From: a virus
Taxonomy: Duplodnaviria > Caudoviricetes
Length of the DNA stretch: 59,291 bases
IMG/VR virus record: IMGVR_UViG_3300045996_001841
Span: 1-59,291 of that record
Direction: 5' to 3' (one strand)
Shown: positions 15,971 to 24,733 of the stretch, in pieces
Numbering within the stretch: position 1 is the first letter of the stretch
Layout: each line of letters begins with the position of its first letter
Translations under genes and position numbers: made by a program
The notes under the pieces: model-generated
Told to the model about the DNA's origin: nothing
Databases searched by the model: none
What the model saw: only the letters and a program-made list of their open reading frames with translations

Positions 15971-17869
15971 ATGAAAAGTTCACAAATGGCCCTGCCAATT
16001 CGACACAGTGTGAAACCCGGATGGTCGCCTGATACTCCCCCCGACCTCGCCAACCATAGCACAATCTACTTGGATGCGGAAACCAACGGGGTGAAGTGGG
16101 CCGAAGGGGCGCGGCCGGTCGGGTGGGCGGTGCGCGCCGGCGGCGTGTCCCACTACCTCCCCTTCGGACACCGCGGCGGCGGGAACCTGTCCGAGGAGAC
16201 GGTGAAGGAGTGGGCGCGACGCGAGCTGCGCGGCAAACAGATCATCAACCACTCGACGAAGTTCGACATGCTCATGGCGCGGGCGTGGGGCGTCGACCTC
16301 GAGGCGCAGGGCTGCACGTTCCGTGACGTCGCACACTCCGCGGCGCTGCTCGACGATCATCGGAAGGACTTTGGGCTCGACGCACTCGGGCGTGACTACC
16401 TCGGACTCGGGAAGTTGGACGCCGGGCCGAAGAAGGACCTGGCGGAGCTGCCGGCGTGGGACGTGTCGGAGTATGCGAAGCGGGACGTCGATCTGGTCGA
16501 TCAGCTCTACGCCACGCTGGCCCCGGAACTGTCTGCGCAGCAGCTCGATGTCGTGCAGCAGCTCGAGGACGACGTGCTACCGGCCGTCGTCGAAATGGAA
16601 TGGAACGGAATGCCGCTCGACGTCTATCTCTGCGACGCATGGGAACGAGAGAGCAAAAGGCTCCTCGAGAAGATGCGGTGGGAGGTGGCGAAGCGCCTCG
16701 GGTTCAGTCCAAATCCGGACTCGCCCAAGGACATGGTAAAGGTGTTCCACCACTTCCGCATTGGGGTCCTGTTCACGGCCAACGGCACACCGTCCTTCAC
16801 CAAGGACATCATGAAGGCCGCCGCGGCGCAGGACGACAGCGGCACCATTCAGCTCCTCTACGAGATCGGCAAGCTCGTGGATCTACGCTCGAAATACCTC
16901 GAGAAGTATCTCCGCGAGCACGTCAACGGGATCATCCACGGGAACCTCTGGCAGCTCATGACGGACGACGGCGGCACGGTGTCCGGCCGCTTCAGCATGT
17001 CGAACCCGAACCTCCAGCAGGTGATGGGGATCGACAAGCACCTCCGCGAATACGGGTTCATTCCCGCGCGCCTCGTCCAGTTCCTCGGCTACACGTGGGA
17101 CCAGTTCAAGTTCAAGGTGATCAAAGGCGAGAAGGTCCCCTACGCCTGGTATGTGAAGGAGCTGTTCCGGAACCCGGACGGCGCCCTCTGGCTGGCCGCC
17201 GACGCGAAGCAGATCGAGTATCGGATCTTCGGCCACTACTCCGAGTCCGAGAACATCATTGGCCGCTACCGCGCCGACCCGGAGACGGACTTCCACAACA
17301 TCGTCCAGGCCATGATCCTCCCGGTTCGCCCGGACATCAACCGAACCGAGACGAAGACAGCGAACTTCCTGAAGATTTTCGGCGGCGGGAACGGCGCACT
17401 TGCGCGCAACCTGAACATCGACGACGCTCTCGCGGCGGAGATCAACGCCGCCTACGACGAGGCCTTTCCCGAGGCCAAGGCGTTGCTTCAGCGTGTAATG
17501 GGCGTCGCCGAATCGCGCGGGTGGGTGAAGACCATCCTCGGGCGCCGGTGCCGGTTCCCGCTGGTGAAGGTGCAGGGCCGCGGCGGCAATACGTGGCGGG
17601 AGCGGGAGCGCACGCACAAGGGCCTGAACGGCGTCGTCCAAGGCAGTGCGGCCGACGTCAACAAGCGCATCATTGTCGAGGTCCATCGCGCCCGCAAGCA
17701 CCTCGAGGTGACACCGCGCGTGACGGTGCACGACGAGTGGAGCGGTGGGCTCCACAACCCCGCGAAGGAATCCACGGTCCGAGATTTGCTGAACACCCAA
17801 TACATCCCCTTCAAGATCCCGATCCTGTGGGACGTGAAGACCGGTCGCACGTGGGGCGACTGCAAATAA
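15971..17869 (+). CDS. polA: DNA polymerase family A with 3'-5' exonuclease
   Basis: Exo I LDAETNG, Exo II NHSTKFD, Exo III YAKRD; SGRFSMSNPNLQQ; motif A DAKQIEYR; motif B KTANF; QGSAAD; motif C VHDE. Confidence 0.95.
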   Translation: MKSSQMALPIRHSVKPGWSPDTPPDLANHSTIYLDAETNGVKWAEGARPVGWAVRAGGVSHYLPFGHRGGGNLSEETVKEWARRELRGKQIINHSTKFDMLMARAWGVDLEAQGCTFRDVAHSAALLDDHRKDFGLDALGRDYLGLGKLDAGPKKDLAELPAWDVSEYAKRDVDLVDQLYATLAPELSAQQLDVVQQLEDDVLPAVVEMEWNGMPLDVYLCDAWERESKRLLEKMRWEVAKRLGFSPNPDSPKDMVKVFHHFRIGVLFTANGTPSFTKDIMKAAAAQDDSGTIQLLYEIGKLVDLRSKYLEKYLREHVNGIIHGNLWQLMTDDGGTVSGRFSMSNPNLQQVMGIDKHLREYGFIPARLVQFLGYTWDQFKFKVIKGEKVPYAWYVKELFRNPDGALWLAADAKQIEYRIFGHYSESENIIGRYRADPETDFHNIVQAMILPVRPDINRTETKTANFLKIFGGGNGALARNLNIDDALAAEINAAYDEAFPEAKALLQRVMGVAESRGWVKTILGRRCRFPLVKVQGRGGNTWRERERTHKGLNGVVQGSAADVNKRIIVEVHRARKHLEVTPRVTVHDEWSGGLHNPAKESTVRDLLNTQYIPFKIPILWDVKTGRTWGDCK

Positions 17870-17872
17870 TTA

Positions 17873-17901
17873 TTGACGGGCTCGTAGCCCGTCTGTAGAC
17901 T
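17873..17901 (+). promoter_or_regulatory. sigma70-type promoter containing an inverted repeat
   Basis: TTGACG-17 nt-TAGACT; GACGGGCT-cgt-AGCCCGTC overlaps the -35 box and spacer. Confidence 0.6.
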
Positions 17902-17913
17902 CTGGAGCATTCC

Positions 17914-18108
17914 GTGAAGAAACCGAGAAAGCCGGTGATGGTGCGTGACCCGGAGGCGATCCTCTACGGGCAGGTAGTGCGGGCGATCAATGGGTATGAT
18001 CGGCGCACCTGCTACAGCCGCGATGGGGTTACCCGCGTGATGGCCGCAGTCGCGGATCGCTTTGGAGTGAAGCTCGCCAAGATCGTGCGAGTCGTCGGCG
18101 AGTTCTAA
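17914..18108 (+). CDS. Small possible DNA-binding protein
   Basis: 64 aa; VMAAVADRFGVKLAKIVRVV is HTH-like. Confidence 0.55.
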   Translation: MKKPRKPVMVRDPEAILYGQVVRAINGYDRRTCYSRDGVTRVMAAVADRFGVKLAKIVRVVGEF

Positions 18109-18129
18109 GGCCACGGCACGGTCCATGCT
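18109..18129 (+). promoter_or_regulatory. sigma54-like -24/-12 promoter
   Basis: GGCCAC-GGCACGGTCCATGC (GG-N10-GC), intergenic, heading the replication operon. Confidence 0.6.
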
Positions 18130-18233
18130 TCCGTTCGGGGAACCAGAACCATCATCAACCATCGTGCGAGAGGGCCTGTGTGCGCATCCCGCGTGCCCGG
18201 CTCTCGCGCCGTGCCCTGTTCATGAGAGGCCCC

Positions 18234-18614
18234 GTGGCAACCGAAAGCGAACTGACTGGCAAAGTCCTCCGCGCTATCAAGCAGCGTTTCCCTGGCAGCT
18301 TTGCGATCAAGATCAACGACCGGACGACGGCCGGGATTCCTGACGCCATCCTCGTCGTGCAGGGCTTCGTGTTCTTCGTCGAGTTCAAGAAGATGGAACG
18401 CGGCGAGTCGGCTGGCGACCTGTGGGCCAAGGTGTCGGCCATTCAGCGTGCGATGATGGCGCAACTCGTGCGCGCCGGGGCGCGCGTGTTGCTCGTTGGC
18501 CTGCGCAACGTGAAGGAGCACGTGGTGTGGGACATTGACGACGCCGGCGGGGCGACACCGCTGCTGCTTGGTTTCGATAACCTCCTCGAGCTGCTGGACG
18601 AGGCCACCCGCTAG
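18234..18614 (+). CDS. VRR-NUC (PD-(D/E)XK) nuclease / resolvase
   Basis: TESEL...GIPDAILV...FFVEFK...SAIQ motifs. Confidence 0.85.
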   Translation: MATESELTGKVLRAIKQRFPGSFAIKINDRTTAGIPDAILVVQGFVFFVEFKKMERGESAGDLWAKVSAIQRAMMAQLVRAGARVLLVGLRNVKEHVVWDIDDAGGATPLLLGFDNLLELLDEATR

Positions 18615-18997
18615 TGGCCTGCTACGCCGTCTCCCTCAACCGCCGCACCGTCTCCGGCGCCATGAACCCGCGGTGGAAGGGGCACACCCGCCTCCATCGT
18701 GACGACGTGAAGGACATTCGCCAGTGGGTCCGGAGCGAAGGCTTCGGGATGGCGCTGGTCGACCAGGTGGCCGCGCTGCAAGAGGCGTATCCGCTGAATG
18801 CACGCACCCTCGAGGACGTGATCCGGAATCAGTCGTGGTTCGACGCCACGTATGACCGCACGGTCCCCCTTTTGCTAGAAGAACCATCGTCCCCCATCGT
18901 CCACTCCGGACCGATGTTGTATCTGATTCTGTTGGCGCTGCTAATACGCGGCGCACTCGGAGGCACCCCTCGTGGAACTGCTCGAAGCCGTCCTTGA
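18614..18997 (+). CDS. Hypothetical protein
   Basis: Coupled ORF; HTH-like middle and hydrophobic C-terminus. Confidence 0.6.
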   Translation: MACYAVSLNRRTVSGAMNPRWKGHTRLHRDDVKDIRQWVRSEGFGMALVDQVAALQEAYPLNARTLEDVIRNQSWFDATYDRTVPLLLEEPSSPIVHSGPMLYLILLALLIRGALGGTPRGTARSRP

Positions 18998-19799
18998 TCT
19001 CGACCGTCGCCTCGTGGCGATCGATCTGGAAACCACCTCCGCGGCGCCCTCGCAGGCGCGTATCGTGGAGATCGCCGTCATCGCCATCGACCCGGCGCGG
19101 TATGAACGAGCCCCTGGCGACGCTGCGGAATTGCTCGTGCCCGCCAAGCGCACCGAATGGTGGACGCTGGTCAACCCCGGCGTGAGCATCCCCGCCGAGG
19201 CGACCGAGAAGCACGGGATCAAAGATGAGCATGTGCTCGACAAGCCCCGCTTCGAGGCGCTGGCGCCGCGGCTGGCCGCCGCGCTCACCGGTGTCGACTT
19301 CCTCGGCTACAACGTGCGCTACGACCTCGAGGTTCTGGCGTGCGAGTTCGAGCGGGTCAAGCAGCCGTGGGCCCCGGGCGATGGGCGCGCGATCGATCCG
19401 CTCCGGTTGTGGCAGGTGCAGTCGCCACGCACGCTGTCCGACGCGCACCAGGAGTTCGTCGGCACGCCCCTCGAGGACGCGCACTCCGGACAGAACGACA
19501 TTGCCGGCACGCTGCGCGTGCTGGTCGGGCAGCTCGCGCGGTGGCCGCAGCTCCCGCACACGGTCGCCGGGCTCGACGCGCTGCTCAATCCGAAGAACCC
19601 GAACCACGTGGACCCGGGTGGCCGGATCGTGTGGCGCGATGGCGTGGCCGTCATGAACATCGGCAAGCACAACGGCCTGCCGCTCAGCAAGGTGCCTCGG
19701 TCCTATCTCGAGTGGGCGCTCGGCGCCGACTTCCCGCTGGCCGTGAAGGCCATCTTCCGTGACGCCCTGGCCGGCAAGTATCCGCAGAGGACCGCATGA
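18972..19799 (+). CDS. DEDDh 3'-5' exonuclease (DnaQ/ExoX-like)
   Basis: IDLETT, HGI, GYNVRYD, AHSGQND; C-terminal IGKHNG..LSKVPRSYLEW. Confidence 0.9.
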   Translation: MELLEAVLDLDRRLVAIDLETTSAAPSQARIVEIAVIAIDPARYERAPGDAAELLVPAKRTEWWTLVNPGVSIPAEATEKHGIKDEHVLDKPRFEALAPRLAAALTGVDFLGYNVRYDLEVLACEFERVKQPWAPGDGRAIDPLRLWQVQSPRTLSDAHQEFVGTPLEDAHSGQNDIAGTLRVLVGQLARWPQLPHTVAGLDALLNPKNPNHVDPGGRIVWRDGVAVMNIGKHNGLPLSKVPRSYLEWALGADFPLAVKAIFRDALAGKYPQRTA

Positions 19800-19975
19800 C
19801 ACACCGCGAAGCTCGCGCCTCCCTCGGCTCCCGCACCGTGCGGCGGGCCGGCACGAAGACGAAGGTCATCCCCGGCGGCTCGCAGAAGAAGCCGCCGAAG
19901 TATCGCTTCGCGCGTGTCGGCCGCAACCGCACGCGGCCCGCGATCCTGGTCGCGCGGAAGGTGCGCAATGGCTGA
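19796..19975 (+). CDS. Small highly basic protein (59 aa)
   Basis: ATGA coupling; R/K-rich. Confidence 0.55.
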   Translation: MTHREARASLGSRTVRRAGTKTKVIPGGSQKKPPKYRFARVGRNRTRPAILVARKVRNG

Positions 19976-20045
19976 AGCCTTCGTCGCCCTGTGGGTCTTC
20001 GGCATCGTGTTCTCCTGGCTCCTCGTGCGGGGAGGGCAGCGATGA
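19968..20045 (+). CDS. Tiny membrane peptide (25 aa)
   Basis: MAEAFVALWVFGIVFSWLLVRGGQR, coupled to the next gene. Confidence 0.45.
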   Translation: MAEAFVALWVFGIVFSWLLVRGGQR

Positions 20046-20311
20046 AGAAGCCGGTCAAGACGCTCGACTGCAACACGAAGTTGCGCGACGAGATGGTCGA
20101 GGCGCTGCTCACGGTGATTAGCCACTACGAGGACCACCGTAAGGTGTCCAACTCGGACATCACGAGCGCCTGTCTCCTGATGACGCGCCGCGTGTTCGCG
20201 GTGGCGGTCAAAAACTCGAAGACCAAAGAAGGGCGCGTCCACAACAAACGCATCCTCGCGCAGTCCCTCGCCAAGGCGGCGATGGAGCTATGTCCGGAGG
20301 CGGTGCACTGA
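20042..20311 (+). CDS. Hypothetical protein
   Basis: GGAGG SD; MKKPVKTLD... Confidence 0.65.
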   Translation: MKKPVKTLDCNTKLRDEMVEALLTVISHYEDHRKVSNSDITSACLLMTRRVFAVAVKNSKTKEGRVHNKRILAQSLAKAAMELCPEAVH

Positions 20312-20970
20312 TGATCTACCACACGATCGTCGCCGACCCGCCGTGGCAGTATCGCAACAAGCTCGACATGAGCGATGGCGTCGAGCGGTCCGCGATGTCG
20401 CAATACAGCACCATGACGCTGCCGGATATTCAGAATTTTCTGACGTTTTCGCTCGTGACAACCATTCTCCGAGAAGGGTATCCAGTGTCGCCGTATTACG
20501 AGGACCGCTGGACGGATGCTCGAATTGCGGACGTCATTGCTCCGGACGCGCACCTCTGGCTGTGGGTCACGAACCCCTTCCTGATCGACGGCTCCGGCGC
20601 CGCGGTCGCGAAGGCGTGGGGCTTCGAGCCCAAGGCCCTCTGCACGTGGGTGAAGGGGCGGCTGACCATCGTGGAGCTGGAGGACGGGACGTTCAAACCG
20701 TCCTTCAAGCACCACCTCGGGATGGGCCGCTACGTCCGCGGCTGCACGGAGCACATGCTGTTCTGCGTCCGAGGGAAGGGACAGACCCTCGTGCAGGACA
20801 AGGGCGTGCCGAACTACTTCTTCGCCAAACGGACCGAGCACTCGGCCAAGCCGGACGAAGCGTTCGCGCTCGTCCGCCGCGTGAGCCCGGGTCCGTATCT
20901 ATCGATCTTCGAGCGCACCTGGCGCGAGGGGTTCGACGCGATTGGGAATGAATTGCCGGAGGCCGTATGA
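20311..20970 (+). CDS. MT-A70 family N6-adenine methyltransferase
   Basis: TIVADPPW, LWLWVTN, WGF, TWVK, TEHMLF, HSAKPD. Confidence 0.92.
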   Translation: MIYHTIVADPPWQYRNKLDMSDGVERSAMSQYSTMTLPDIQNFLTFSLVTTILREGYPVSPYYEDRWTDARIADVIAPDAHLWLWVTNPFLIDGSGAAVAKAWGFEPKALCTWVKGRLTIVELEDGTFKPSFKHHLGMGRYVRGCTEHMLFCVRGKGQTLVQDKGVPNYFFAKRTEHSAKPDEAFALVRRVSPGPYLSIFERTWREGFDAIGNELPEAV

Positions 20971-21116
20971 AGGAATACCGCGTCGTCGTGTCGCGCACGG
21001 AAGTGCGCCAGGTGCAGGCTGAGTCCGAGGATGACGCCGCCGAGCGTGCGAGGAACGAGGACGGCGAACGTCTCTCGGAGCAGGACCTCGAGGTCCTGAG
21101 TGTCGAGGAGCTGTGA
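20967..21116 (+). CDS. Small acidic hypothetical protein (49 aa)
   Basis: GGAGG SD; MKEYRVVVSRTEVRQVQAESEDDA... Confidence 0.6.
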   Translation: MKEYRVVVSRTEVRQVQAESEDDAAERARNEDGERLSEQDLEVLSVEEL

Positions 21117-22738
21117 GCTACACGATCCGCTGGCCGCAGGCGCGGCTTCAGCCCTACGACCATCAGCGCGAAGGGGTGCGGAAGCTCCTCCAGAACCCCG
21201 CCTACGCGCTGTTTGATGAGATGGGCGTGGGTAAAAGCAAGCAGGTCGTCGACACCGCGTGCGTGCTCTACGAGCACGGCGAGATCGACACGCTGATCAT
21301 CGTCTGCCCGGCGTTCGCTCGCTCCGTCTGGTCGAGCCCGGACCCCGTGCTCGGGGAGTTCGCCAAACACGTCTGGAAGTCCATCCCCTACCGGATCGAC
21401 GAATACTCATCGAAGAACCCGAAGCTTCCGCCACCGGTCGAGATCCTGAAGGTCATCGTCACCAACCCCGAGTTCCTGCGGGTGCTGACGCGCGACCCGC
21501 TGCTCAAACAGAAGCGGATCCCGTTCCTCGACAAGACCGTGCACCTCAAGCCGATCGTGGCCTACGCCGCCGCGCGCAAGACGTGGCTCGTGGTCGACGA
21601 GTCGTGGATGGTGCAGGCGCCGGACGCCGACCAGACCAAGGCCGTCGAGCGCCTGGCCCGGAAGTGCCTACGGGTGACGCTCCTGAACGGGACGCCCGGG
21701 AATCCGTATCAGCTCTACTCGCAGTTCCGGATCCTGAACCCCGACATCTTCGACGACGCGCCCAACGCCTTCACCTTCAAGCGCCGTTACTGTCTGATGG
21801 GCGGCTACATGGCGAAGCAGATCGTCGGCTACCAACGTGAGGAGGAGTTTCGACGACGGACCGCGCCGTATGCGGTCCGGAGACTCGCTGCCGAGTGTCT
21901 GGATCTCCCGCCCGTGCTCGAGCCGATCACGATCGAGGCCCGACTGACGCCGGCGACCTGGAAAATCTATAAGACCATGCGCGACGAGCTGGTCGTGTGG
22001 TTGTCGAAAAGCGAGGCTTCCATCTCGGCACAGGCCGGGGTCCGGACCCTCCGGCTCCGGCAGATCCTCGCTGGGTTCCTCGGCGGCGTGCAGTCGTTCG
22101 GGGAGGACCTGTTCCCGTCCGAGCATGAGTGGGCCGGCCATTTCACAGACTGCGCCGCGGCGAAGTGTGTCGACTGCGAGCCTCCGTGTGACTGCACGTG
22201 CGAGTCGGTCCGTCGACAGCAAGCGACGCGCGAGATCGGCCGGGAGAAGCTGGACGCCGTGCTCGCGTTCGTTGAGGCACAGGATGTGCAGAAGGGCGTG
22301 ATCTGGTGCGGGTTTCGGCCGGAGATGGCGCGGATGGCCGAGGCGCTGCGGAAGACCGACCGCACGGTCCACCTCTTGCAGGGACAACAGGACACCGATG
22401 AGCGTGAGCAAGCGAAGATGGCGTTCGCGCCTGGCGGCGATCCTGCGCCGGCGTGGCTGGTGGGGCATCCGCAGGCCGGCGGCGCCGGTATCAACCTGGC
22501 CGCTGCCAGCCTAGCGATATACGTGACCAACACCTCGAGCCTGCTGCTCCGGCAGCAGTCCGAGAAACGGATCGACCGGCCCGGGCAGACGCAGCGCTGC
22601 CGGTTCGTGGACGTGGTAGCCGTGGGCCCGGACGGGCAGAAGACGGTCGACCACGCCATCGCCAAGGCGCTTCGAGCGCGCGAGGAGATCGCGAACTACA
22701 CCGCGGCCACGTGGCGGCAGATCCTCGAGGAGGAGTAG
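21113..22738 (+). CDS. SNF2-like superfamily 2 helicase
   Basis: YDHQ, DEMGVGKS, VDES, LNGTP, GGAGINL, QSEKRIDRPGQ. Confidence 0.92.
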   Translation: MSYTIRWPQARLQPYDHQREGVRKLLQNPAYALFDEMGVGKSKQVVDTACVLYEHGEIDTLIIVCPAFARSVWSSPDPVLGEFAKHVWKSIPYRIDEYSSKNPKLPPPVEILKVIVTNPEFLRVLTRDPLLKQKRIPFLDKTVHLKPIVAYAAARKTWLVVDESWMVQAPDADQTKAVERLARKCLRVTLLNGTPGNPYQLYSQFRILNPDIFDDAPNAFTFKRRYCLMGGYMAKQIVGYQREEEFRRRTAPYAVRRLAAECLDLPPVLEPITIEARLTPATWKIYKTMRDELVVWLSKSEASISAQAGVRTLRLRQILAGFLGGVQSFGEDLFPSEHEWAGHFTDCAAAKCVDCEPPCDCTCESVRRQQATREIGREKLDAVLAFVEAQDVQKGVIWCGFRPEMARMAEALRKTDRTVHLLQGQQDTDEREQAKMAFAPGGDPAPAWLVGHPQAGGAGINLAAASLAIYVTNTSSLLLRQQSEKRIDRPGQTQRCRFVDVVAVGPDGQKTVDHAIAKALRAREEIANYTAATWRQILEEE

Positions 22739-23080
22739 GTGATTCAGTCGACGCTGGCCGAGTGCATTGTGAACCCGGAGTTCCGGGTGCTTCAGGTGTT
22801 CCCGAAGCTCGGGCGCTTGAAGTTGGTCGAGCAACAACTGCTGAACCTTCTCCAGAAGGAGGGGGTGCAGTTCTGGCTCACACGCGCGAGGCACGAGTTT
22901 CGGTTCGCGAACGGCTCGACATTCCGCTTGGTGGTGCTGCGTGACCATCTTGATATGCGGCGCCTGCAAGGACTCGAGTATCACATGGTGCAGGGGAGAG
23001 CCCCGACCGCTGCCCTTCGCGCAGAGTTGAGAGCACGTCTTCGTCCATATCGAGGAGGCCCACGTGGGACGGGAAGCTAG
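22739..23080 (+). CDS. Hypothetical protein
   Basis: GAGGAG SD; 113 aa. Confidence 0.6.
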   Translation: MIQSTLAECIVNPEFRVLQVFPKLGRLKLVEQQLLNLLQKEGVQFWLTRARHEFRFANGSTFRLVVLRDHLDMRRLQGLEYHMVQGRAPTAALRAELRARLRPYRGGPRGTGS

Positions 23081-23231
23081 AGTCAAGAAGGATCGCAGAC
23101 AAATCCGCAAGGCCCTCGGGCCTGAAGTCGTCGACGGCATCCGCGTCCTCGGCAAGCGGACCGATCTCGCCACGCACGTGCTGACCCGAGGGTTCTTCGG
23201 GCGGCTGCGGTGGCTGCTGAGGGGGCGCTGA
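23064..23231 (+). CDS. Small basic protein (55 aa)
   Basis: GAGGAGG SD before GTG; coupled to the next gene. Confidence 0.55.
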   Translation: MGREARVKKDRRQIRKALGPEVVDGIRVLGKRTDLATHVLTRGFFGRLRWLLRGR

Positions 23232-23725
23232 TGGCACGGAATTGGGCGTTCATGCAGGACCGGTTCCCGGTGCTGCCCGAGGAGCCGACCTACGAGGACG
23301 TGCTCCAGGCGGTGCGGGATTCGGTCGCCGGCTACGAGCTGCCGGCGCTTGGCGAAGTGCTGACCGGCATCCTCGAGCGCAAGGCGAAGGCCGAGGAGCT
23401 GATGGCGGGGATCGAGGCCGAGGAGAAGGGGATCCAGTCCGTCATCATCCGCATGCTCGAGGACCGGGGGCTCACGAGCCTAACCACGAAGAACGGGATG
23501 AAGTTCGCCCTCGACCCGCAGGTCGACGCCAAGGTGCCGCAGGATCAGCGCGAGGCGCTGGTGAAGTGGATCGAGGCCAACAGCATGAAGTCGTTACTCT
23601 CCGTCCACGGGCAGACGCTCTCGGCCATGTGCCGCCGGCGCCTCGAGGCGGGGGAGGAGCTGCCGGACGGGGTGGAGATGGTGCCCCGGAATCAGCTCAA
23701 GGTATCCGGGCGCGCCCGGAAATAG
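23231..23725 (+). CDS. Coiled-coil phage replication-module protein
   Basis: VHGQTLSA...GEELPDGV motif, typical of the gene preceding SSB in polA phages. Confidence 0.7.
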   Translation: MARNWAFMQDRFPVLPEEPTYEDVLQAVRDSVAGYELPALGEVLTGILERKAKAEELMAGIEAEEKGIQSVIIRMLEDRGLTSLTTKNGMKFALDPQVDAKVPQDQREALVKWIEANSMKSLLSVHGQTLSAMCRRRLEAGEELPDGVEMVPRNQLKVSGRARK

Positions 23726-23737
23726 CTACGTCCGGAG

Positions 23738-23821
23738 ACAGGGACGGTCCACTGCGCCGGGCGTGATCGTTGGCAGTGGACGCAGGCGCCTAAGAGCCTG
23801 TTGCAACGGGCCCTGTTTTTT
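23738..23821 (+). ncRNA. Candidate three-way-junction cis-regulatory RNA / terminator upstream of SSB
   Basis: ACAGGG/CCCTGT closes GTCCACTGC/GCAGTGGAC and GCAGGC/GCCTGT; a T-run follows. Confidence 0.55.
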
Positions 23822-23847
23822 GAAACACGAACAAGGAGACTGGAATC

Positions 23848-24633
23848 ATGGCACGAAGCAAAGCAGTAGACGTCGAGACGGTCGAGGGTCCCGCGACCCA
23901 GGCCCTCGCGACACAGACGCAAGTGAAGCAGACCGAGCTGGCGGTCTACGAGGGCGCCGACGCGACCGACGCCCGCGGCAAGACGAATATTTCGCGTGAG
24001 GACATCCGCCTCCCGCGCCTGGCGATCTGTCAGCAGATGTCGCCGCAGCGTGACGAGAGCAAGCCGCAGTTCATCGAAGGGCTCAAGGAGAAGGAGCTGT
24101 TCAACACGCTGACCGAGCAGGTCTACGGGAAGGGCCCCCTCGAGTTCATCGTGCTGCGTCTAGACAAGCGGGCGAACATCACCGACAAGGACGGCAACAT
24201 CATCGAACGCAGCATCCCGTGGGACGATCCGCGCAACGAGTTCACGCAGGACCCGGAGAACCCCGGCCAGCGGATCCCGCCCGAGGGGACGCGGTTCTAT
24301 GACTTCATCATCATGCTGGTCGAGACGCGCGAGATCATCGTGCTCAGCATGAAGAAGACGCAGGTCCCGGTCGCCAAGTCCCTCGTCACCTTCATGTCGC
24401 TCCGTCCCGGCGCGACATGGGCCGGCAAATACAAGGTGTCGACCGTCACAGACTCCCGCAACAACAAGAACTTCGGCAACTATAAGGTCCTCCCCGGCGG
24501 CCCGGTGGACAAGGATCTCTACGAGTATGCCGAGAAGGTCTACGACCTGCTCGCGGCCTCGAACATCAGCGTCGACGACACCGACACCGGTGAGCAGGCG
24601 GCCGAGCGCGTCGACGACAACGTGCCCTTCTAA
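23848..24633 (+). CDS. Putative single-stranded DNA-binding protein
   Basis: AAGGAG SD; DIRLPRLAICQQMSPQ; acidic tail ending DDNVPF; precedes primase. Confidence 0.75.
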   Translation: MARSKAVDVETVEGPATQALATQTQVKQTELAVYEGADATDARGKTNISREDIRLPRLAICQQMSPQRDESKPQFIEGLKEKELFNTLTEQVYGKGPLEFIVLRLDKRANITDKDGNIIERSIPWDDPRNEFTQDPENPGQRIPPEGTRFYDFIIMLVETREIIVLSMKKTQVPVAKSLVTFMSLRPGATWAGKYKVSTVTDSRNNKNFGNYKVLPGGPVDKDLYEYAEKVYDLLAASNISVDDTDTGEQAAERVDDNVPF

Positions 24634-24692
24634 CGCAACGGTCGGACGCCGTGCCCGGAATAGGCCGGGCGTTGGCGGTGCCCCCCGACCCA

Positions 24693-24720
24693 GGAGCCGA
24701 GGACCCCCATCCTCGGCTCC
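24693..24720 (+). terminator. Strong intergenic hairpin (terminator or processing site)
   Basis: 11-bp stem GGAGCCGAGGA/TCCTCGGCTCC; no clear U tract. Confidence 0.4.
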
Positions 24721-24733
24721 GCCTCCCCCATAG

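Noticed and set aside
23229-23865. TGGCACG words at 23232 and 23849 as extra sigma54 promoters
   Set aside because: They are Met-Ala-Arg start codons and lack GC at the -12 position.
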